From the IMG/VR virus record IMGVR_UViG_3300015306_000001: 64,000 nt of DNA, one strand, 5' to 3'. Made by a program: the position numbers and the translations under genes. How positions within the stretch are numbered: the stretch's first letter is position 1; each line of letters begins with the position of its first letter. Shown one piece after another: positions 56,570-64,000 of the stretch. The notes below the pieces were generated by a model. That model saw only the letters and a program-made list of their open reading frames with translations, was not told the DNA's origin and ran no database searches. Source of the stretch: an uncultured virus (IMG/VR IMGVR_UViG_3300015306_000001) (taxonomy: Duplodnaviria; Heunggongvirae; Uroviricota; Caudoviricetes).

Positions 56570-56815
56570 CAATACCAAAAGCGGATAGGAATGTACGCGC
56601 AATTTCAATAACTTAACCACTAGCTATACCAAATTCACGCCAAAACTGAAAACTTTTCTTTTCATTGATTACCTATCCCTCCTTCTCTTTCTCCTTACTT
56701 TTAGAAAGAGAGAAGAATATGGTATAGGAAAGAGGGAAAAGCCTTATGCCACAAGGGTTTGAGCCTATACCAAATCTGTTCAGGGCCTCAAAACCGTATA
56801 GAATTTGTATATCAC
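56570..56815 (+). repeat. AT-rich iteron element, copy C (candidate origin at the strand switch)
   Basis: 23-nt and 21-nt blocks identical to copy A with identical spacing. Confidence 0.8.
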
Positions 56816-56875
56816 AATCAGTATTGACTTACGTACCGTTTTGTGCTAAAATAGAATTTTACAATCGGGTGCTTT

Positions 56876-57373
56876 ATGTTAAAGATCGAACGATTAAAAG
56901 AATGCCTGCGCTATGACGCCGCTTTTGGCCGCTTTTATGCTCTAAAACCTCTCGGAGCGAGAGGTGTTGGGAAAGAAGCAGGAAGTGTCAACTCTATAGG
57001 ATACCGATACGTCAGTATCGATCGCGTAACCTATTTAGAGCATAGGTTAGTTTGGTTTTACTGCTACGGAGAATGGCCAAAATGCGATATTGACCATATT
57101 AATGGCGATAAGAAAGATAATAGAATTGAGAATTTGCGGCTGGCAACAGTATCGCAAAATTGTTTTAATACTAAAATTTCTAAAAGAAATACTAGTGGTT
57201 TTAAAGGAGTTGATTACCATAAACCTACTAAAAAATGGAGAGCCGCAATTAAAATAAGCGGCAAAAACTATCACATTGGCCTTTTTGCTACAGCGGAAGA
57301 GGCTGGCGCTGCTTACGCTGAGTTCGCAAAGAAGGCCCATGGAGAATTTTATAACTCTGTTAAAGCCCCTTGA
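56876..57373 (+). CDS. HNH endonuclease with AP2-like domain
   Basis: HRLVW..IDHINGDKKDNRIENLR and SGFKGV motifs; promoter TTGACT-17-TAAAAT at 56825. Confidence 0.9.
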   Translation: MLKIERLKECLRYDAAFGRFYALKPLGARGVGKEAGSVNSIGYRYVSIDRVTYLEHRLVWFYCYGEWPKCDIDHINGDKKDNRIENLRLATVSQNCFNTKISKRNTSGFKGVDYHKPTKKWRAAIKISGKNYHIGLFATAEEAGAAYAEFAKKAHGEFYNSVKAP

Positions 57374-57398
57374 CATGAGGCGGCGGATTGGATATGTT
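57370..57398 (+). promoter_or_regulatory. Sigma70 promoter
   Basis: TTGACA-17-TATGTT; the -35 overlaps the HNH stop. Confidence 0.65.
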
Positions 57399-57427
57399 GG
57401 GTGTGTGTTTGATGAAGGAGAATTGGA

Positions 57428-59164
57428 ATGGCTTTCAAGGTAGGCGACAAGGTACGTTTCATTGGTTACGTCGGCGGCTCATCCGACGACGAAATGCATC
57501 CGCCGATTGGAACTGTCGGGTTAATCGTAGGAATGTCACCGACTTTTCATGAGGTGGAATTTGATGCGTATCGCGGTAAGCTTTACTTTTTTGCGGAAGA
57601 GCTTGAGCTAGTTGAAAGCGCGTCGAAATGACCATCGAAAACGAAGAAGCCATCTGCCGCGCCGCAACCGCTCGCCAAATGGCCATGGACTTGAATGAAG
57701 CGTTCCGTTGGTTCACGGCAAACGGCTATCAGGTTGACGCCCATATCGAAGGCGTTTTCACGGAAGCGATAGGATACAAGAGCATAAGAACGCCGCGTTT
57801 GTCGGTTCGCGTTTGGCAGGAGGTTGAATGAGGCAGCTAGTTTGCATTGAGAGTTCCGGCGAAAGCATAGAATTACCGAAGCGTTCCGCAATTTTGCGTA
57901 TTGGCCAGACGGTTACAATAAGTGGCGAAAAATATGTAGCAAAGTCTTATGGAAAGATCGGTAAGAATTATCGGCACATACAAGTAGAAAGAAAAGATCA
58001 TAGCTAGAATGAAACAGTTCGTTTACATTGACGATACAGACGATGTTATCGAGCTTCCGAAGCGCGCCCGCGTTCTCCGTATCGGCCAAACCCTTAAGAT
58101 TGACGGCGATGATTACGAAGCGTGGTACTCTGAAGAAGTTGGCAACACCCATCGCAATATTCGAGTGGAGCGGAAGGCATGAATTGGCAAACCATTGAGA
58201 CAGCGCCCAAAACCTGGGAAGACCTTTTGCTTTTTGTGCCGAACCTAAAATCTGATTGGCGCAAAGTTTGTGAGGGATATTTTAGCCCTGAAGATTCTTG
58301 CTGGTATTCACCTGCTTTTGGGGTTGTCTTTCCAACTCATTATATGGCTCTTCCAGAAGGCCCGAAGGAATGACTTGGAACCAAATGAATTCCGCCCCTC
58401 GCGACGGCCAACCGATCATCGTATGTTGCGAGGAACCTGAAGAGGTCATAGATGGCCATAGCTTCCCGGCAGAGCGCACTTACCATTTCGTGCGATACAA
58501 ACCTAGTCCGCTCACGAATTCGCGCTATGGTGCCTTTGTGTGGCGACAAGTGAATGGCGACTCGTTGGCTGAGAATTGGCCGGTTGCGTGGAAACCTTTT
58601 GAGGAGTTTGGGGGATGGTGACGGACGAAGATATTTTGCAGGCTATGCGGAAAACAAAAATTGTTGGAAAAGCTGATCTTTCTGATTTTCTCGATTATAA
58701 CTTCGTTGATGCGAAGAGTCTTGGGGTTCGAACAAGTCTGCCTGACAGATGGCATTGGCACAGTGATATTCGCAAAGATGAGCTAGAAGATATGGAATTT
58801 GCTATTTTAAAACCTGTTTTAGAAACGGTTAAGAAGCTGCTTCAACAAGAGTCACAAAAATGACAGACACTCAGCTTTATTTTTATGCCTTCGCCGTCCT
58901 ATGTTTCATATCGGGTTTGTGTTGGGGCTACTATGGACCGTGGGGAGATCGCGATGAGCTTTGAAGCGCGTTCGGTCTTGTTGTTGGCTATGTGATTTGG
59001 GGTGGATGATGGAAAATCTCTCTTTTGTTTTGCTGGTTATTAATTTGCTTTGCTGGCTTGGCTCAGGTCTTTATGGGATCGCGGTTGCCGGTCCCGGTAA
59101 ATGGGACAAGGCAGCATTCTTTATCGCGCTCAGTGTTTGGTTCTTTCAGGGTGTGCATAATTGA
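57428..59164 (+). other. Run of small hypothetical genes (57428-57631, 57628-57831, 58179-58373 DUF551-like, 58370-58621, 58615-58863, small membrane ORFs)
   Basis: ATGA-coupled short ORFs; WQTIETAPK..PTHYMALP motif. Confidence 0.6.
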
Positions 59165-60801
59165 TGCTTGTAATTGATGACAATCGCGCCGTCTGGCAAA
59201 AAGCCGACCTGAAGAGCGTCGTAGGCTTCAGCGCGCGCCTTGAAGGCCGAAAGGCTTTCGGACAGGGCGGGTCTTTCCGTTTTGAACCGACTGGATCGAA
59301 CATCGATCTTTTCCGCCAACGTTTTCCTGATGTTCCTATCGAGGACAATCGCCAGGACTTGTCGGCTTTCGTAGATGTTGAAGTGGCGGCTGAAAGGCCG
59401 CTGTTTTCGTTCAAAACGCAACCTTATCCGCATCAGATCAAGGCTTTTGAAAAGCTTCGCGATAAGACGGCCTTCGCCCTTCTGCTTGAAATGGGCCTTG
59501 GAAAGTCAAAATGCCTCTCCGATATCATTGCCTACAAATGGTGCAAAGGTGAGATTGATGCAGCAATCATCTTGAGTCCGAAAGGCGTTCATTCACAGTG
59601 GGTTGATGAACAACTACCTACGCATATGAGCGTGCCTTTTAGTGCGTGGGCTTGGGAGAAGAATAAAACGGCTCTGGCTGCTTTCGAGCAAATGCTTGGC
59701 GCGGATGTCTTGCAGATAGTCACGATGAACGTTGACGCGATTAAAGGCAAAGACGGCGCTGCGCTTTTGGAACGCTTCATCGCGCATCATAAAGGCCGCG
59801 TTCTTTTTGCCTCTGATGAAATCCACAATCTGAAGAACCCCTCATCGCAGCGCTCGAAGCTTGCATATGCTCTCAGCCGTAAATGCGTGGCGCGGGCTGG
59901 TTTGACGGGAAGTCCTATCGCGAACAACATCGCTGACGTTTTTGGCGAATTTAAATTCTTGGATGAGCGTATTATCGGAAACAAGTATTTTAGTTCTTTC
60001 CGAAGCGAATATTGTGTTTGTCGAGATAACGGGTTTGGGCTTGTCATCACTGGCGCTAAGAATCTAGATAAGCTTTATGCGAAGATCGATCCCTATGTTT
60101 TCCGGGCGACCAAAGATGAACTTGATCTTCCGCCAAAAATCTACGACACTTATCAATTCGAATTGAGCGACGAGCAAAAGAAGCATTACAAGGATATTAA
60201 GCAATCTTTCTTGACAAAGATTGATGAGAATACGACGATTACCGTTGCAAATGCGGCAAGCGCGATTGTGCGTCTCCAGCAAATCTCTTCAGGATATCTG
60301 CCGCAAGAAGATGGTTCTATTGTCCAGATGCCAAACCCTCGCCTGGAGGCACTTCTAAATATCTTGGAATCGATTGAAGGGCGTGCGATCATTTGGGCGC
60401 GTTTCACCGTAGATATTCAATCAATCGCTAAGGCTTTGGGAAAGCGCTGCGTAACGTATTATGGCGATACGACACCCGCTGAGCGGGAAAAGGCGCGGGA
60501 AGCGTTTCTTGATCCTAATAGCGGTATCGAATATTTCGTCTCAAATCCTGCGGCTGGCGGAACCGGCCTCAATCTCCAGGGCGCTTGCCAGACGGCTATT
60601 TATTACAGCAACTCGTTCAACGCTACAGAGCGCTGGCAGTCTGAAGATCGAATTCACCGCATTGGAACGAAGGGTGCCGTGACCTATATTGACCTTGTCG
60701 CGAAGGCCACAGTAGATACGAAGATTTTGGCCAATCTTCGGTCCAAGAAGTCGCTTAGCGATTACGCCATTGACGAGATTCGGAAGGAGTTCTTTGAATG
60801 A
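59161..60801 (+). CDS. SNF2-family (SF2) helicase
   Basis: EMGLGKS, DEIH, LTGSP, GGTGLNLQ and QSEDRIHRIG motifs. Confidence 0.92.
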   Translation: MMLVIDDNRAVWQKADLKSVVGFSARLEGRKAFGQGGSFRFEPTGSNIDLFRQRFPDVPIEDNRQDLSAFVDVEVAAERPLFSFKTQPYPHQIKAFEKLRDKTAFALLLEMGLGKSKCLSDIIAYKWCKGEIDAAIILSPKGVHSQWVDEQLPTHMSVPFSAWAWEKNKTALAAFEQMLGADVLQIVTMNVDAIKGKDGAALLERFIAHHKGRVLFASDEIHNLKNPSSQRSKLAYALSRKCVARAGLTGSPIANNIADVFGEFKFLDERIIGNKYFSSFRSEYCVCRDNGFGLVITGAKNLDKLYAKIDPYVFRATKDELDLPPKIYDTYQFELSDEQKKHYKDIKQSFLTKIDENTTITVANAASAIVRLQQISSGYLPQEDGSIVQMPNPRLEALLNILESIEGRAIIWARFTVDIQSIAKALGKRCVTYYGDTTPAEREKAREAFLDPNSGIEYFVSNPAAGGTGLNLQGACQTAIYYSNSFNATERWQSEDRIHRIGTKGAVTYIDLVAKATVDTKILANLRSKKSLSDYAIDEIRKEFFE

Positions 60802-61364
60802 TTTTATGTGGAATGACGTGGCATGAATTAAACAATTTCATTCGATGCGATTTTGATAAAGGCTTGATTTTCTGGAAAATAAGAAGTAGTCAATCCTTCA
60901 AAACCGATGGAGTTATCGGGCCAGAAAGAGCGGCTAAAATTTGGAATAGCAGATACGCTGAAAAACTTGCTTTCAATAATGATGATGGGTCTGGATATAG
61001 AAGGGGCTGCATCTTTAAAAAGCAGGAACGGGCTCATCGAATTCTATGGTTTATGCGGTATGGAAAAGTTCCTGATTTCATCGATCACATTGATGGGAAT
61101 AGATCAAACAATTCTATTGACAATCTTCGAGAAGTGACTAAACTAGAAAACTGTAGAAACGCTTCTCTGCGGAAAGATAGTCCAATAGGACAAACAGGCA
61201 TTAGCAAAACGTCAAATGGAAGGTGGATAGCTGCCATTACGGTTGATCGAAAGAACATTCGTCTTGGAACTTTTGATGAACTAGCAAACGCAATTGTAGC
61301 CAGAAAGCAAGCTGAAGCAGATTTTGGCTTTCACAAAAACCATGGGAAAGAAAAATGCAAGTAG
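60798..61364 (+). CDS. HNH endonuclease with AP2-like domain
   Basis: AHRILW..IDHIDGNRSNNSIDNLRE and GFHKNHG motifs. Confidence 0.9.
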   Translation: MILCGMTWHELNNFIRCDFDKGLIFWKIRSSQSFKTDGVIGPERAAKIWNSRYAEKLAFNNDDGSGYRRGCIFKKQERAHRILWFMRYGKVPDFIDHIDGNRSNNSIDNLREVTKLENCRNASLRKDSPIGQTGISKTSNGRWIAAITVDRKNIRLGTFDELANAIVARKQAEADFGFHKNHGKEKCK

Positions 61365-62415
61365 GTTCGAGGATTCAAGCTCTAGTTGATTATATCGCTC
61401 CTGATGAAGCTGAGCGTTTTGATTGGGGGTGGTTCCCTTTGTGTGGTGATACAGGTGTTATTCTAAATTCTTTTACAACAGAATCGGGAGCGCTAGCCTT
61501 CGATGTTAAGTTTGACGAAGATGACCTCCCGAACGAATCCTGGCCCTACCTTGCCAGCGAAATCGAGGAGATCGACGCATGAGCCCCGCCCTGTTCCTTG
61601 CACTGTCTATCATCGGAACGCCCGTTCAAGCCCCTGTTGAGAATGAGGCAGAAAAGTTCGTCAAAAACATGATCGAGGCTTCGATTGATTATTGCCGCAA
61701 TCAATCGAACGGCGTTGAGGGCGATATGTATTTCGAGTGCATTGAAAGGCAACAAACCGATTTTTCTCGTCTTCAGGAATCGGTTAGTGCCTTGGACGGT
61801 TTGAACGAAAACGTCGCTTCTGTGTTTGTCGGATGCGTTCAGTCAACCGTTGAACCAACCGGCTTGCAAATGAGCGCTGTTCGTGCTTGTTTCGAAAAGC
61901 AGATGGGTCTTGCAAGGATTGGTTTTTAATATGTTCTACGATGATGAAGAATTCACAGAATCTTTTTGGCAGCACCGTTCGGCTGAGGCCGAAAACATGG
62001 TTTGTGAATTAGTGGAATGGATCGAAACAATCGAAGACGATATCTATATGGATGAGGAGGCTCTAACTCTTCTTGCCCGTGCAAAAGAAGTGGCGTGTCG
62101 GCCATGACCGATGCTCGGAGCGATCTTCTTTTCAATGAAGCCGAAGCACATATTGACCGCATGTGCGCTTCATTAGCTGATTTGGCACGCACTTTTAGTT
62201 ATCGTGTTGAGAGCGGTTGCCTTCAAGACAGAATTCATGACATCTTCACGACCGCTTACCGTGATGAAGTGGAATCAATCTTTGAGCGTGAAGAGCGGGA
62301 ACTAGCGTTCCGCCATTCTGGTGAAGCTGCTTCCGAAAATAAAGCTGATGACGCTCACGATCGGATGTGGTACAAGCGTTTGATGGATACGAGCAAGGAC
62401 AAGTTAGATGATTGA
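61355..62415 (+). other. Small hypothetical genes (61355-61582, 61579-61929 secreted-like, ~61931-62107, ~62104-62415)
   Basis: Coupled ORFs with RBSs. Confidence 0.6.
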
Positions 62416-63829
62416 TAATACAAACGACACCTCCACGCCTCCCATGAGCACCGAGAGCGTGAAGAGCAAAGCAATGGAGGAAGCGATCCGATACGCAGAG
62501 ATCGGTGAATACCTCTACTCGGCTTGTGCCTATAGCCACGGTGACGGCTACACTGAGCCGCGCGAATACGGCATTGAATGGCAGTGGCAGCAATCCAAGC
62601 CCGACGAGTACGGGCAAGGCACGTTGCTGGCGGCTTCAACGGCTTGGCACAATGAGCAGGCCGCCGATGGGAGCCCGACCGAAGCCACCAAGCTTCGCGC
62701 CGCCCTCTCCGCATCAAACCCCGCCAAGGAAGGCGGGGAAGCGGGGGTGGTGGAGCGCCTGAAAGACGCGATCGAAGGTGAATGCGACGGGCTCGCTATA
62801 TCGGACGAGCAAGCCGCCGCCATTCTGGCGCATGTCGCCCTCCCCGAAGCGACGGCGGCCCCTGCCACCCAGCCGGGAGAGGCCGTGCGGGAGGCGGTAG
62901 CTTGCTTTTTGGCTGAGGGCGACAGCAGGAGCGAAGTTCGCTGCCGACATTGCAACAGCACAGATGACACGATCGCTTGCCATCCTGGCGGTGGGCATGA
63001 CTTCGATCCGACAGGCGAAACAGTTTGGGAGTTTCGAGAAAGTCATGTTGCCGCCCTCCGCGCCGCCCTCTCCGTTCCATCCCCTGCCGGGGAGGCGGGG
63101 GCGTTCCATCCACTCGTTCTCGCTGAGTTGGGCCGTCTCAAGCACCAGTACGCAAAAGACCGCCCCGAAGGCGTCGAATTGCAACGGTGGGCTCACGCAA
63201 TGGACCGCGCCCTGAGCGGCGTTATCCCCGAAGCGACGGCGGCCCCTGCCACCCAGCCGGCAGATGCCGTGCGGGAGGCGCTGGAAGCTGCGGCCGACCG
63301 AGCGTGGGTTCTTGCGAAGAGTGGGGCCACAGCAGGCCAGATAGCTCATGCAGTCGCCCTCACCGAGCCAGCCCCGGCCGGGGAGGTAGTGGAGCCGGTC
63401 GCGCTCCTTTATGAGTGGACAGATAGATGGGGGGACACTCAGCAGGGCCTTTGCTTCAACACGCCCGCAGACCGAGTGACCAAAATCAATGACCAGCCGC
63501 CGCGTTACATCGGCGGTCTCTACGCCCACCCCGCCCCCGAAGACACCGCGCGCCTGCGGGAGGATTTGGAGCAAGCGAAGCGCGATCGGGACATGTTCTC
63601 CGACTGGTTCAAAGCTGAGCGTGAAGAAAAGCTCGCTATCGAGCGCGACCGTGACGATGCGCGGAAGGCGCTGGAGACTGTCGCGAACAGCCTGGACAGC
63701 GCCTTAAGCGACGTGCGCTACCAGCCGGGTGATCATCCGGTTGTCCCGATCAAGCACGACACGTTCGTCGGAGCCGTTCGCCTGATCGCTTCCGCCGCCC
63801 GCTCCGCTTCCAGCCAGGGAGGCGAGTGA
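62408..63829 (+). CDS. GC-rich mosaic hypothetical protein with repeated linkers (Ead/Ea22-like architecture)
   Basis: 473 aa; PEATAAPATQP.(E/D)AVREA occurs twice and LRAALS twice. Confidence 0.7.
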   Translation: MIDNTNDTSTPPMSTESVKSKAMEEAIRYAEIGEYLYSACAYSHGDGYTEPREYGIEWQWQQSKPDEYGQGTLLAASTAWHNEQAADGSPTEATKLRAALSASNPAKEGGEAGVVERLKDAIEGECDGLAISDEQAAAILAHVALPEATAAPATQPGEAVREAVACFLAEGDSRSEVRCRHCNSTDDTIACHPGGGHDFDPTGETVWEFRESHVAALRAALSVPSPAGEAGAFHPLVLAELGRLKHQYAKDRPEGVELQRWAHAMDRALSGVIPEATAAPATQPADAVREALEAAADRAWVLAKSGATAGQIAHAVALTEPAPAGEVVEPVALLYEWTDRWGDTQQGLCFNTPADRVTKINDQPPRYIGGLYAHPAPEDTARLREDLEQAKRDRDMFSDWFKAEREEKLAIERDRDDARKALETVANSLDSALSDVRYQPGDHPVVPIKHDTFVGAVRLIASAARSASSQGGE

Positions 63830-64000
63830 TGGAGCGCAACGACCTGATCCAGCGGCTGCGGCACTTGGTTTCGCTCAACGAGCCCCGCAATGGAGGGCCT
63901 TACCAAGGCACAGCCGCGCTCGCTTGCGTAGACGCTATGCGCGAAGCCGCCGCCACCATCGAACGCCTCACAGCCGAGAAGGAGGAGGCGGAGCGGGACG
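63829..64000 (+). CDS. Hypothetical protein (partial)
   Basis: TGATG coupling; MERNDLIQRLR...MREAAATIERLTAEKE, open to the window end. Confidence 0.55.
   Translation, partial: MERNDLIQRLRHLVSLNEPRNGGPYQGTAALACVDAMREAAATIERLTAEKEEAERD

Noticed and set aside
62714..63574. 286-aa minus-strand ORF
   Set aside because: Antisense shadow of a GC-rich gene in a plus-strand operon.
1..64000. Lysogeny module, DGR/retron reverse transcriptase, lysis cassette or alternative genetic code
   Set aside because: No integrase, repressor, RT or endolysin motifs were seen, and genes read intact in the standard code; such genes could lie outside the window.

Overview
The window is a large part of a tailed dsDNA bacteriophage genome (siphovirus-type). 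The host is probably an alphaproteobacterium, inferred from an RcGTA Rcc01079-like head-spike base and a GTA-type tail chaperone. From ~33.7 kb leftwards on the minus strand lie the morphogenesis genes: terS, terL, portal, a head-fibre module with two putative glycoside hydrolases, head and neck genes, major tail, frameshifted tail chaperones, tape measure with a lysozyme-like domain, and tail tip/fibre. Blocks of small plus-strand genes with their own sigma70 promoters interrupt this operon. A tRNA cluster (Pro, Met, Trp) is embedded in several unexplained structured RNAs. A minus-strand replication and nucleotide-metabolism arm carries primase-helicase, a DnaE-type polymerase, a DnaQ-like exonuclease, class II RNR with glutaredoxin, ThyX, Dcd, a deaminase and an SSB-like protein. 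A plus-strand arm carries an SNF2 helicase and small genes. Five free-standing HNH genes are present. No integrase, repressor, lysis cassette or CRISPR array is visible. The most notable unexplained structures are (i) three homologous ~230-bp AT-rich iteron elements spaced ~22 kb apart, a candidate multipartite origin, (ii) an anti-Shine-Dalgarno-loop sRNA and two related ~110-nt RNAs around the tRNAs, and (iii) repeated promoter cassettes carrying small early genes. All protein calls come from motif and synteny recognition, not database searches.
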